This document shows positions 38,380 through 47,649 of a stretch of DNA of 64,000 nt, piece after piece. Numbering within the stretch: position 1 is the first letter of the stretch; each line of letters begins with the position of its first letter. The stretch is from an uncultured Gemmatimonadaceae bacterium (GTDB taxonomy: Bacteria; Gemmatimonadota; Gemmatimonadetes; Gemmatimonadales; GWC2-71-9). Location: NCBI GenBank assembly GCA_964518955.1, contig CAZFHS010000008.1, positions 1,017 through 65,016 of the forward strand, in the 5' to 3' direction. Under the pieces are notes generated by a model, which ran no database searches, was not told the origin of the DNA, and saw only the letters and a list, made by a program, of their open reading frames with translations. Made by a program: the position numbers and the translations under genes.

Positions 38380-39495
38380 TTAAATCCTGAATCCCGCCAC
38401 AACGTTCTGCACGACGAGTGTCCAACCGTCCGCGAGAACGAAAAGCAGCAATTTGAATGGCAGAGAAACCATGATCGGTGGCAGCATGAACATGCCCATA
38501 CTCATCAACACAGATGCAACGATGAGATCGACCACGATGAACGGGACGTATATCAAAAACCCAATCTGAAACGCGGTTCTCAGTTCGCTTACCACGAACG
38601 CCGAGACAACGACCAGCGTCGAAAGCTCTTCTACCGACTCGACCGGCTCAGCATTACTGAGGTCCGCCAGAGCGGAGAGATCCTGCTCTCGGGTGTTTGC
38701 TAGCATGAAACTGCGAAATGGAACGATGCCGAGTTTGAAGGCTTCGGCCTGCGTGATCTCGCCTTCGAAGTACGGAGTAACCGCGACTCGGTTGGCTTCA
38801 TCGAGCACCGGCGACATGACCACCGCAGTCAACAACACGGCAATCGCAACGAGCAGCTGCCCCGGTGGTGTGGTTTGGGTACCCAGGGCAGACCTGAGAA
38901 AGTGCAGAGTTACCAGTATTCGTGTGAAGCTGGTCATCAGCAGCAAAAGCGCCGGGAGCAGAGTCAGAGCACCCAGGAAGACGACTATGCCGACAGCGCC
39001 TGTCAGTTGGAGGTCGCTCTCACCGTTACTCAGATCGAGGGAGATCGTTGGGGGTGCCGGCGGATCGACCCGGGGTCCACCCTGCACAGTGGCACTGGGC
39101 GGTGTTGGCGCCGTCTGCGCCGTGGTTTGGATCGGCATCAACGCTAGAAGAACGGCGAGTCCAACCCAACCCAGACGAGGCAAGCGCCACCGGCCTACCG
39201 GTCGGTCGATTGTCTCCAGCTCGGTGCTCTCGAGCGCTGCGTCCAAGCCGTCGCCAGAAAGCTCAGTCAGCAGCTTCGTGCCACCTTCACTCACCGAAAC
39301 GAGCAACACCCGATCTCCCACTCGTAACAACGCCACGCCGTGACGCGGTCCCATCGATATTCGCTGCAAGACCTGAAGCGGAACGCCATGCCCGTTCCAC
39401 GGGCGGGCACCCTGATACTGCTTCAACAGCTTCAAGCCCAGTAGCAGCACGCCCAAGGTGACGGCGAGGGCGGCGAGCAAGCCCAAGATTCCCAC
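38380..39495 (-). CDS. fliP: FliO-FliP fusion protein (single ORF)
   Basis: aa 1-~100 are FliO-like: one TM plus LQVLQRISMGPRHGVALLRVGDRVLLVSVSEGG. A second signal-like segment (WVGLAVLLALMPIQTTAQT) and complete FliP follow (LLLLMTSFTRILVTLHFLRSALG ... MVSLPFKLLLFVLADGW). No stop codon between them. GTG start preceded by AAGGAG. Confidence 0.85.
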   Translation of the reverse strand: MGILGLLAALAVTLGVLLLGLKLLKQYQGARPWNGHGVPLQVLQRISMGPRHGVALLRVGDRVLLVSVSEGGTKLLTELSGDGLDAALESTELETIDRPVGRWRLPRLGWVGLAVLLALMPIQTTAQTAPTPPSATVQGGPRVDPPAPPTISLDLSNGESDLQLTGAVGIVVFLGALTLLPALLLLMTSFTRILVTLHFLRSALGTQTTPPGQLLVAIAVLLTAVVMSPVLDEANRVAVTPYFEGEITQAEAFKLGIVPFRSFMLANTREQDLSALADLSNAEPVESVEELSTLVVVSAFVVSELRTAFQIGFLIYVPFIVVDLIVASVLMSMGMFMLPPIMVSLPFKLLLFVLADGWTLVVQNVVAGFRI

Positions 39496-39500
39496 TCCGC

Positions 39501-39818
39501 CTACTCCTTTGCCCCGCCGTTGCGGTCTGAGAGGATTTCGGTGATCTGGATGCCAAAGTGGTCGTCGACGACAACGACCTCACCGGCTGCCAGCTTCCGA
39601 TCGCTCACGTAGATGTCTACTGGTTCACCAACCGTACGGTCCAGTTGTACTACAGAGCCAGGTTGGAGCTCCAACACATCCTGGAGCATCATGCTCGTGC
39701 GTCCGAATTCGATTACAACCGGTACCGATACATCTAGCAGTGCATCGAGCGCACCACGGCCGGTCTTGGTTGCAGTGTTTTCGGTCGTTGGTGCGTCAGT
39801 CTTCTTTGGGTTAGTCAC
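39501..39818 (-). CDS. fliN: Flagellar C-ring protein FliN
   Basis: SpoA domain (LLDVSVPVVIEFGRTSMMLQDVLELQPGSVVQLD ... FGIQITEI). Confidence 0.88.
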   Translation of the reverse strand: MTNPKKTDAPTTENTATKTGRGALDALLDVSVPVVIEFGRTSMMLQDVLELQPGSVVQLDRTVGEPVDIYVSDRKLAAGEVVVVDDHFGIQITEILSDRNGGAKE

Positions 39819-40798
39819 AGGATTCTCCCGCGCGTGGTACTTGCTGGTTTTTCTATTGGGCTGCCAGGAACTGCCTCCGTGAGCTGCACGCCCACATGCC
39901 GGCGAACCTGCCCTAGTGTGCCCACAAATCTCGGGTGTTCGTTGACGTGAACTTCGATCGGCACTTCCACATGCTGTTTGGTCTGAATCACCTGGCCTAC
40001 GGATAGGTCTGCTATCGTCCGGGCAGCTAGTGATAGAGGGGCCAATCGCGCAGAAAGCGACATGCGAGCGTGTTTGAGATCTCCCTCGATCGCAGACCTA
40101 TACTCGCGCGCCTCGATTCGATCGGAGTATTGATGCTTTCCACCGCAAAGATCGTCTTGCAGAAAGCTCTCGAGTGCTTCCATGGGGAGCGCTATGGAAA
40201 GAATGCTGCTGTGTGACTCTATGTTCACCGCAAGGCGGGTGACTAAGGCCTCGCCGCGATCTTTGGTACGTAGGTCTTCAGGCGAAGAAGCAAACGTCGT
40301 TATCTCTGGTGTCAGCTCGATGTGTTCGCTCCACCCGGTCCTCAATGCTTCCAATACCCGTTCGGCTATTCCACTGACTACAGACTGTTCGAGTTCGCTG
40401 AGCGGCCTTCCCTGTTGCGAGGATTCGCCCGAACCACCGAAAAGACGGTCGATGAGGAAGAACGCGCAGTCGGTACCCATGTCGACGGCGCCTTCAGCAC
40501 CAGAAGCGTCCGCTCTGAACACGAAGGCGGCGCACGGATTCACCAGCAGGTCTGTGAAATCGGCAAACGGCATGTTCTCCGTGTTTTCAACCGTGACCTG
40601 AGCCGGTACTCTAGTCAGAGATGACAGCTTTCTTTCCACGGAACTTGCCATCCGATGAGTCACCATCTTGAAAAGGATCTGCTTTTCGTTGGTGATTCTG
40701 GTCGGCCGCACAAAATCGAACGACTGAACGTCAGGCTCTTTCGGCTCGCCTTGGGCTCGCTTCACGGACAGGTTTTTTCTTTCAGTTTTGACGGCCAT
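39815..40798 (-). CDS. fliM: Flagellar C-ring protein FliM (no N-terminal CheY-P docking motif)
   Basis: Collinear with the FliM middle and C-terminal domains. Start at the ATG at 40798, preceded by AGGTGG. The N-terminus MAVKTERKNLSVKRAQGEPKEPD lacks an LSQxEIDALL-type peptide. Confidence 0.85.
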   Translation of the reverse strand: MAVKTERKNLSVKRAQGEPKEPDVQSFDFVRPTRITNEKQILFKMVTHRMASSVERKLSSLTRVPAQVTVENTENMPFADFTDLLVNPCAAFVFRADASGAEGAVDMGTDCAFFLIDRLFGGSGESSQQGRPLSELEQSVVSGIAERVLEALRTGWSEHIELTPEITTFASSPEDLRTKDRGEALVTRLAVNIESHSSILSIALPMEALESFLQDDLCGGKHQYSDRIEAREYRSAIEGDLKHARMSLSARLAPLSLAARTIADLSVGQVIQTKQHVEVPIEVHVNEHPRFVGTLGQVRRHVGVQLTEAVPGSPIEKPASTTRGRIL

Positions 40799-40809
40799 TT
40801 TGCCACCAC

Positions 40810-41370
40810 CTATTGAATGACAAACCTTGGGAGATACACGCGCACCCACTCCATCCCACCACACAACGGCTTCACAACCTCCAACAGATCCGTTTTCAAA
40901 TCGTCTCGTGCGCCTGGATAGGTGAGATCATCGAGTGAGCGTGCCTCCAAGGTCGCGCTGACGACGTCGCGAATCTGTATCTCGCGTTCGTGCAGGTGTT
41001 CGAGTGCCTCTTCATCCGGAACCTCAAACGCAACTGACACCATGAGAAACCGTTCCCCTCGCGAGCCAGCAGGATTTACAAGGAGGTTTTCGAGTTCGAG
41101 GAATTTTCCGGTGACTTCTTCGTGGGCTGCATCGTGCGTTTCCGCGTCCGCCTCAGCGTCCGCCTCAGCACCTGCTTCCGTGTCGGTTTCGTGTTCCTGT
41201 GCGGCCATTTTGGCTACGAGCTTCGGTCCGATGACAAATCCTCCCGAGGCTCCACCAAGGACCACCGCGATCATCACGACACTCATGAGCAGCGGCCTCT
41301 TCTTCGCCGGCGCTCCGGTATTTTCGTCTCCGGATTTGCTCTGAGCCTGGTTCTTTGTTTCGCTCGTCAT
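40810..41370 (-). CDS. fliL: Flagellar basal-body-associated protein FliL
   Basis: Single TM; LENLLVNPAGSRGERFLMVSVAFEV ... VYLPRFVIQ is typical of FliL. Acidic low-complexity linker. Confidence 0.75.
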   Translation of the reverse strand: MTSETKNQAQSKSGDENTGAPAKKRPLLMSVVMIAVVLGGASGGFVIGPKLVAKMAAQEHETDTEAGAEADAEADAETHDAAHEEVTGKFLELENLLVNPAGSRGERFLMVSVAFEVPDEEALEHLHEREIQIRDVVSATLEARSLDDLTYPGARDDLKTDLLEVVKPLCGGMEWVRVYLPRFVIQ

Positions 41371-41426
41371 CTCGTCCTGTCGCTACACGAGTTACCAGTT
41401 GGGCTTCTGTGCGTGGAGCGGAAAAA

Positions 41427-41441
41427 GCAACTGCCGTACCA
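41427..41441 (-). promoter_or_regulatory. Sigma54 -24/-12 promoter for the fliL-fliA operon
   Basis: Reverse strand reads TGGTACGGCAGTTGC. 57 nt upstream of the fliL ATG. Confidence 0.55.
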
Positions 41442-41598
41442 ACCCATATCCGGACCGGCAGCAAGCTCTCAACCGCATATATCACAACACGTTACGGGCT
41501 CACATAGAGACACGGGCGGTCAAAATGTCGTTTGGGCGGAAAGCTTTGACGGGACCTGATGGGAAGAGTGTGCCGGGGGTGGCGGTGAATCTTGCCGG

Positions 41599-41634
41599 TG
41601 AGTGATGCCACTCCACGAGGAGTGGCATCACTCA
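41599..41634 (-). terminator. Perfect 16-bp stem-loop 12 nt downstream of flgE
   Basis: TGAGTGATGCCACTCC-ACGA-GGAGTGGCATCACTCA. No U-tract follows on the minus strand. Likely a 3' stabiliser or terminator marking the operon boundary before the fliL promoter. Confidence 0.55.
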
Positions 41635-41645
41635 GTCTACGTACT

Positions 41646-42899
41646 CTATCTGCGGATGTTGACGAGCTCTTGAAGAATCTCGTCGGCCGTGCTGATCACC
41701 CGTGCATTCGCTTGGAACCCACGCTGAGCGATGATCATGTTTGTGAACTCCTGCGAGATATCTACGTTCGAACTCTCGAGAGCGCCCGGTGTGACCGAAG
41801 AGGAGCTGCCGTCGCCTGCGTAGTCTAGAATCGCCAGACCAGAGTTAGCAGACTCCGTATAGACGTTCTCACCATTTCTCTGTAGACCGGACGGATTGTC
41901 GAAACTAGCGAGAGCGAGCTGTGCGAGGTTCGTGCTCGTGCCGTTGGTGAAGTATCCAGTGATCATTCCGCGATAGTCTACGCTGATATCGACGAGGTTC
42001 CCCGCCTGGAAACCATCTTGTGAATTGACAACTGCACTCGACGACCCCGCGAACCCAGTGAGTCCGTCGATGCCATCTACCGTTCCAGATTCAATAGCGA
42101 CGGTAAACGGGTCTGCCGAGCCAGCCGTTGGCGTGATCGTGAGGTCCGAGCCGCCACCTGGATATGTGAATGACGCGAGCGTTCCATCGCCGTTGAACGT
42201 CACCGCTCCGGCGGCAGCAGGCGTAACCGTGGCCGAGTCGGAGCTAGCGGTCCATGACCATGCTCCAGGGCCGGTGTTCGTGAACTCAATCTCCACCACG
42301 TGAGGCCCGCCGGTGGCATCGTACACGGTGATTCCCATGGTGTGCGTGTCATCTACTGCGGCGTTTGAGTCCAGGTTGCCCGAGAACCCCATGGTCGTCG
42401 TTTCGCGAGCCGGCGAAGTAGCGCCCATGTTGATCTGAATGTCCTCAACCTGATTACCGGACGGGAACTGCCCCAATTCGTCTGCAATCCTACCCTGTGC
42501 AATGAAGCCCACAGGCGTCACCAGTCGGCCGTTGGCGTCGAGTTGGAAGTTGCCAGCCCTCGTGTACACGCTGCGCTGGCCGTTGTTCACGATGAAAAAC
42601 CCATCGCCTTGAATGGCGAGGTCGGTGTTCTGACCGGTGGATTGGAGGCTTCCTTGAGTGAACATCTGGTCGATGCTGCCAACGTTGACACCAGCACCGA
42701 TCTGGATCGGGTTAGTTCCGCCGACACTTGGCGTGGGTTGAGCACCGCCCTGCATCAGCTGGGCGAAAGCCTCTTTGAATGTGACACGCGACGCCTTGAA
42801 AGCCACGGTGTTCACATTCGCGATGTTGTTGCCGATTACGTCCATCCAGGTCTGATGGTTCCTGAGCCCGGAGACGCCGGCGAAGAGTGCACGCATCAT
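41646..42899 (-). CDS. flgE: Flagellar hook protein FlgE
   Basis: N-terminus MMRALFAGVSGLRNHQTWMDVIGNNIANVNTVAFK; C-terminus LESSNVDISQEFTNMIIAQRGFQANARV. Confidence 0.9.
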   Translation of the reverse strand: MMRALFAGVSGLRNHQTWMDVIGNNIANVNTVAFKASRVTFKEAFAQLMQGGAQPTPSVGGTNPIQIGAGVNVGSIDQMFTQGSLQSTGQNTDLAIQGDGFFIVNNGQRSVYTRAGNFQLDANGRLVTPVGFIAQGRIADELGQFPSGNQVEDIQINMGATSPARETTTMGFSGNLDSNAAVDDTHTMGITVYDATGGPHVVEIEFTNTGPGAWSWTASSDSATVTPAAAGAVTFNGDGTLASFTYPGGGSDLTITPTAGSADPFTVAIESGTVDGIDGLTGFAGSSSAVVNSQDGFQAGNLVDISVDYRGMITGYFTNGTSTNLAQLALASFDNPSGLQRNGENVYTESANSGLAILDYAGDGSSSSVTPGALESSNVDISQEFTNMIIAQRGFQANARVISTADEILQELVNIRR

Positions 42900-42956
42900 T
42901 GTTCCACTACTCCTGCTTGAGGTTAGCTTGTTGTCCCGTCATCGGATCGATCTTCG

Positions 42957-43622
42957 TCATGTCGGGAGTGTTGCCGGTCTGATCTCTGCTAGTGAGTGGA
43001 GCGGCACCTCCATCGCCCCAATCCGAAGTACGATGTCGCCGTCTCTGAAGTAGACTCCGTCAACGACACCCGATGAATACGTTACGACGGGGACAGAACC
43101 TCCCTCTCCACCGTCGACTTCAACTGCATACGAGTACTCACCCGGGGCAATTCCAGGAGGAAGTGGAATTGTTTGCCTACCGGGGGGCAAGTTCCCAAGC
43201 TCGACGTTGGCGACTTCACGCCCGTGTTCGTCGAGCACCTTGAGCTGGCCGGAACCTCCCTGACCACCGACCTCGATCTGCACGCTGGCGATGCTACCGT
43301 CGATAACCTGGACCTGGTTTCCTTCAGCAACGACATTCTTTCCGAGTAGCGATGCACTCAGGCTCGTCTCGCTGAGGAACGTGGCCATCTGATTGGATTC
43401 GGTCTGCATGGCTACAGCATCGTTCAGTTCAGTCAGCTGTTCCACACTGGAGAACTGCGCCAGCTGGGCGGCGAACTCATGTGGCTTGAGAGTGCTGAAC
43501 GGATCTTGATTGCGCAGCTGTGCTACCAAGAGCGTGAGGAAGGTGTCTTTGTTCACCGAGGCTTCGGTTGGTTGATTCACCACTGGCGCCGTCACGCCAA
43601 TTGTTGAGACGGGTGCGGTCAT
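42957..43622 (-). CDS. flgD: Flagellar hook cap/scaffold protein FlgD
   Basis: KDTFLTLLVAQLRNQDPFSTLKPHEFAAQLAQFSSVEQL. Start at the ATG at 43622, preceded by AGGAAAGG. Confidence 0.85.
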   Translation of the reverse strand: MTAPVSTIGVTAPVVNQPTEASVNKDTFLTLLVAQLRNQDPFSTLKPHEFAAQLAQFSSVEQLTELNDAVAMQTESNQMATFLSETSLSASLLGKNVVAEGNQVQVIDGSIASVQIEVGGQGGSGQLKVLDEHGREVANVELGNLPPGRQTIPLPPGIAPGEYSYAVEVDGGEGGSVPVVTYSSGVVDGVYFRDGDIVLRIGAMEVPLHSLAEIRPATLPT

Positions 43623-43830
43623 GATTGGCCTACCTTTCCTGCCGCTCTCTGGAGCGTTGCTGCGAGCGACCGCTGTTCTGCTGCTGTTGATCGCGCGTAC
43701 TCGGCTGCTGGCGCTCACGGTTCGCCTGATCGTCTAGCGTTCTAGCGGCCTGTGAACCGGCCGCATTTTCGGGCCCTGCACGCCCCCCCGATGCGATCGC
43801 TAGGCCACCACCTTCATCAGAACCTCGCGC

Positions 43831-45291
43831 CTACTGCACCGTTATCTGTGGGTCGCGAAAACCCTGCTTGTCCAACACACGTTGGAGTTCCGAAATCCCT
43901 GAGCCGATGCGCTCCGCTATCGCTGGATCACCGGACACGATCGTCGCCCGAACCGAATCACCTCTCAGCGCGACTCTGAGCCTGCCCTCCACCCCACCGT
44001 CGTCGGTGAACTTGAGTGTCACTCTATCTTCCGGTTTTGGCTGAAATACGGCATCCTCGACCGAGGTTTTTTGCACCGCAGGTCCGACCTGGCTTTCCAC
44101 CGGACGGTGACCCACCGACCGTTCAGCTCCACCAGGATTGCGCGCGCCAACCACCGGTGACGTCAGATCCGCCTGTGTTGCGGAACCAGAGCCCATGCTG
44201 CTGTTCGGTTGACGCTTTCTGCCCGTCGCAGCTTCTGCATCGCCTTGTGCCAAGACTCGTTGTTCAACTTTGTCTATTCGTGTCGTCCTTGGACCAGACT
44301 CAGTGTCCTCGATGCTTGAATCTGCCGGTCTCAACCCCTGCCGATCCCGAAGACCTTCCCGGTCACGCATGCCGGCACGCGTATGCTCATACATGCGACT
44401 CTGTGCGGGCTGATGTTCGCTGTTTGGAGGCTGTTGCGGCACAGCTTTGCCTGCTGTCGATAGCGATTCTGCCGAAGTAGTTTCCAGCGCTGGTTTGGGA
44501 TTTGACTCTCCGCCTACCGACGTTTTCGGTGGGGTGGAGGTCTCTACTCGATGCGCGTTCTCCATATTGGGTTTCGACAAGGAGACTGCTGAGTACCCAT
44601 TTGGCCCGGCTACTACTTGCGGACGCGCAGGTATGCTGGAGTGTTTGCTGCCGCCAACACGCGATTCGGTCGAGGTCTGAGTTCGTACGTTGGAGATCTC
44701 GGCCGACTCGATCGTTATCTCAGGCAGCGGAGGCCGAGCCCCTGCGCCTTCACTTGCCGATTTCGCCTGCGTCGCAGTTTCGGGCACACTCGGAATTCCA
44801 CCCCGCGGCGTTTGCGGCGCAGCTTCCGTGTGAGCCCTCGACCGTTCAACAGGAGCGATTCCGTCCTTAACATTGGCAGCGATTGCAGGGGTGGCCGGGG
44901 TATCAGGCTGAACCTTTTGGTGCTCCGTTTGATGCGGCACCTGAGCCGGCGTTCCCGCTGTCGCTTTTGTGTTGGGTTCTAGATCGGTCTGCGCCGTGCT
45001 GACCGTTGTGCCAGGAGAACTACCCGCCGTTCGGATGGGGCTGCTACCCGTTTCGTCCAGCACGACTTTCAGCTGATTTCCGGCGTTTTCTGCGTCAACG
45101 TTCGGCTGAGTAGTTGAGCCGGGTGCGGCATCGTCAGTCTGCAATTGAGTTACCGGAGTCGACTGCGGCGCGATCATAGCCAGCAGCATAGAAAGTCCAA
45201 AGGCCTCCGCGTGTGCCCGGTCTTGTGGATTCGACTGACCGACTTTCGAGCATATTCCGGCAGCCGGCGTCGATCCTTGAATGAATGTCAT
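43831..45291 (-). CDS. fliK: Flagellar hook-length control protein FliK
   Basis: Pro/Thr/Ala-rich extended N-terminal part. C-terminal hook-length-control-like domain (VTLKFTDDGGVEGRLRVALRGDSVRATIV). Sits between fliJ and flgD. Confidence 0.7.
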   Translation of the reverse strand: MTFIQGSTPAAGICSKVGQSNPQDRAHAEAFGLSMLLAMIAPQSTPVTQLQTDDAAPGSTTQPNVDAENAGNQLKVVLDETGSSPIRTAGSSPGTTVSTAQTDLEPNTKATAGTPAQVPHQTEHQKVQPDTPATPAIAANVKDGIAPVERSRAHTEAAPQTPRGGIPSVPETATQAKSASEGAGARPPLPEITIESAEISNVRTQTSTESRVGGSKHSSIPARPQVVAGPNGYSAVSLSKPNMENAHRVETSTPPKTSVGGESNPKPALETTSAESLSTAGKAVPQQPPNSEHQPAQSRMYEHTRAGMRDREGLRDRQGLRPADSSIEDTESGPRTTRIDKVEQRVLAQGDAEAATGRKRQPNSSMGSGSATQADLTSPVVGARNPGGAERSVGHRPVESQVGPAVQKTSVEDAVFQPKPEDRVTLKFTDDGGVEGRLRVALRGDSVRATIVSGDPAIAERIGSGISELQRVLDKQGFRDPQITVQ

Positions 45292-45848
45292 CAGTTCTCG
45301 CTCCTAGAGTCGGTTGCCGCCACTAATAGTCGGCGGCTCAACTCAGCCGCCCTCTCACCCGACAGCTGGCTGAGGATTCGTGCCCCCTCACGCGCCGTCA
45401 CGTTGCGCAGAATGACTTCAATCTCCGCATCGTCTATGTGGGCTAGCAGCTGAGCCACTTCTGAATCCCCCATGTTCGCCAAGATTCGAGCAACCTGTCG
45501 ATAAGCCTGTCTCTGCGCTTCAGGATCAGGCCCTGCCGGTTCCGGGGCGGACACTGGTTGCGACTCACTCGCCAAAAGCACGGTCGGGCAACCCCCGTCC
45601 GGCGTAGCCATGCTAGAGTCGACGATCGCCACCTCAATAGGGGTCTCTGTGCCGCTACTATCGAGTGTAGCCGTCACACTGTCCGGCGGCTCTGCGTGTT
45701 GCTCCGCAGTATCGGGTGCCTCAGCAACCACGTGTGAAGAATCACTCACAGCAGCGGCTGGTTCTTTATTGGACTGCAGCGCTACATAACCTGCGGCTGC
45801 CGCCGAACTGGCACCGAGCGCCAACGCGCTCAGCAGCATCCATTTCAT
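45291..45848 (-). CDS. MgtE_N-like flagellar operon protein (YlxF/MotE-like position)
   Basis: N-terminal TM/signal segment; C-terminus VARILANMGDSEVAQLLAHIDDAEIEVILRNVTAREGARILSQL resembles the MgtE N-domain. ATGA overlap with fliJ and TGATG overlap with fliK. Confidence 0.6.
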   Translation of the reverse strand: MKWMLLSALALGASSAAAAGYVALQSNKEPAAAVSDSSHVVAEAPDTAEQHAEPPDSVTATLDSSGTETPIEVAIVDSSMATPDGGCPTVLLASESQPVSAPEPAGPDPEAQRQAYRQVARILANMGDSEVAQLLAHIDDAEIEVILRNVTAREGARILSQLSGERAAELSRRLLVAATDSRSEN

Positions 45849-46297
45849 GTGCTCCACCCCGTCGCTGTCCGAATGCGGGCTGCGGCCTCGTCCATTTCTT
45901 TCTGTTCCGCTCTTGCGGCCCCGTGAGCCCATGCATCCAGTTTGCGCATCCTGAGTTTTTCGATGACCCGACGCTCCACCCTGGCCTTGCCCCATCGTTC
46001 CCGTTCTTGCTCGGTCTCGCGTTGTCTGTCTTCGTGTTGCCCTTTCGCGGTTTCAGCCTGCTCGATCGCGGCACCCAACACGAGTCCTAGATTGCGCAAG
46101 GCTCCGGCGGTTGCGACCGCGCCCATTTCCGACGTGATACAATCCGCCACAGCGTTCAAGCGCTCGGCCTTCGCCTCAGCATCGGCTTTGGACTTCTCCT
46201 CAGCATCGACCGCAGCACCGAGCGCTTCGGCCCTCTCCCGCTCAGCGTGTTTGCGAAGCTTGAGAAAGCGGTCTAGGCGAAAGACGAACGGGCTCAT
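45845..46297 (-). CDS. fliJ: Flagellar export chaperone/stalk protein FliJ
   Basis: 150-aa coiled coil, FVFRLDRFLKLRKHAERE ... EQKEMDEAA. Located directly after fliI. Confidence 0.7.
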   Translation of the reverse strand: MSPFVFRLDRFLKLRKHAERERAEALGAAVDAEEKSKADAEAKAERLNAVADCITSEMGAVATAGALRNLGLVLGAAIEQAETAKGQHEDRQRETEQERERWGKARVERRVIEKLRMRKLDAWAHGAARAEQKEMDEAAARIRTATGWST

Positions 46298-47649
46298 GTG
46301 CTAACCCCTTCCTTGATGGCTGTAGCTTCTGACGCGATGCGGAGCAAAGCCTCTCGCGCATCGACTAGGCCGGCTGGTTCACCAGCCGGTTGTTGTAGAA
46401 AATCCAGCACCTGCGGCCGCATTGCGATTGCAGTATCGACCGCCGGATTCGCACCTGGTTTGTACGCGCCCACGGAAATGAGATCCTCATGGGCGCGATA
46501 CGCGGCTTCGAGCTGCAGGATCGTGTTGGCCGCGTCGCGATGAGTGAGGTCGATTACCTCGTCGCGCACGCGGCTCACGCTGTCTAGAACATCGATCGCG
46601 GGGAAGTGTTTAGCGCTGGCGAGGTTCCGAGCAAGCACGATGTGACCGTCCAGTATTGAACGAGTCGCATCCGCAACAGGCTCATTGAAATCGTCACCCT
46701 CCACCAGGACTGTGTAGAGCCCCGTGATGCTACCCTTCGCGCCTGTACCCGCACGCTCCAGTAGTCGAGGAAGCTGAGCGAATACCGAGGGCGGATAGCC
46801 CTTAGTTGTGGGCGGTTCACCAACCGCCAGCCCAACTTCACGCCAGGCCATGGCAACGCGTGTGACGGAATCCATCATCAACAGCACGTCACGGCCAGTA
46901 TCTCTGAAGTGTTCGGCGATCGCAGTCGCAACCAGTGCTCCGGTCGCGCGCACAACCGCGCTCTGATCACTCGTCGCGGCGATAACAACCGAGCGTTTGA
47001 GACCATCAGGGCCTAGGTCACGCTCGATGAAATGCCGCACCTCACGCCCCCGCTCACCCAACAGCGCTATTACGTTCACGTCCGCCGTGGTCTGGCGGGC
47101 GATCATGCCAATCAAAACACTCTTCCCAACACCACTCCCCGCCATAATCCCGATTCGCTGACCCTTACCGAGGGTGATCAGCCCGTCGATGGCACGCACA
47201 CCTGTGCCAAGCGGGTTCTCGATCTGGGTGCGTTCCAATGGGCTCGGCGGAGCTGCGGTCAATGGACGTCGTCGCGACAGCACATTGTCTTGAAGCCCGT
47301 CGATCGGCTCACCCAGACCATTTAGGACCCGCCCAATCAGGCCGTCACCCACCTTCGCGTAAAGAGCTCGGGCAAGACGCACGACTAGCGCACCTGGGTG
47401 AATTCCTTGTGGATCGCCGAGCGGCATGAGTAGAACGCCACGCTCATGAAATCCAACAACCTGAGCCAGAACGCTCTGGTGATGGTCGGGTTCGATGCGA
47501 CACACCTCTCCCACCGCCACTTCTAACGACGAGACCTCCACCACCTGTCCGATTACACGGGTTACTCTTCCGTGAACGGCGTACGAAGACTGGGCCGCGA
47601 TCTTTGGCAGAAGCTTCGCTACGATATCGGGAGTCGCTGTGTCAATCAT
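46294..47649 (-). CDS. fliI: Flagellum-specific ATPase FliI
   Basis: Walker A GSGVGKS; F1/T3SS ATPase blocks (RDVLLMMDSVTRVAMAWREVGL, GSITGLYTVLVEGDD). Confidence 0.95.
   Translation of the reverse strand: MIDTATPDIVAKLLPKIAAQSSYAVHGRVTRVIGQVVEVSSLEVAVGEVCRIEPDHHQSVLAQVVGFHERGVLLMPLGDPQGIHPGALVVRLARALYAKVGDGLIGRVLNGLGEPIDGLQDNVLSRRRPLTAAPPSPLERTQIENPLGTGVRAIDGLITLGKGQRIGIMAGSGVGKSVLIGMIARQTTADVNVIALLGERGREVRHFIERDLGPDGLKRSVVIAATSDQSAVVRATGALVATAIAEHFRDTGRDVLLMMDSVTRVAMAWREVGLAVGEPPTTKGYPPSVFAQLPRLLERAGTGAKGSITGLYTVLVEGDDFNEPVADATRSILDGHIVLARNLASAKHFPAIDVLDSVSRVRDEVIDLTHRDAANTILQLEAAYRAHEDLISVGAYKPGANPAVDTAIAMRPQVLDFLQQPAGEPAGLVDAREALLRIASEATAIKEGVST

Noticed and set aside
41144-41167. Tandem 12-bp repeat GCGTCCGCCTCA x2.
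   Set aside because: It lies inside fliL and simply encodes the acidic low-complexity linker (EADAEADAE). It is not an independent repeat element.
43763-43777. Possible sigma54 box upstream of flgD (reverse strand AGGGCCCGAAAATGC).
   Set aside because: Only the GG and GC dinucleotides fit, both half-sites are poor, and it lies about 140 nt from the start codon. flgD is more simply read as part of the flgB-flgE operon.
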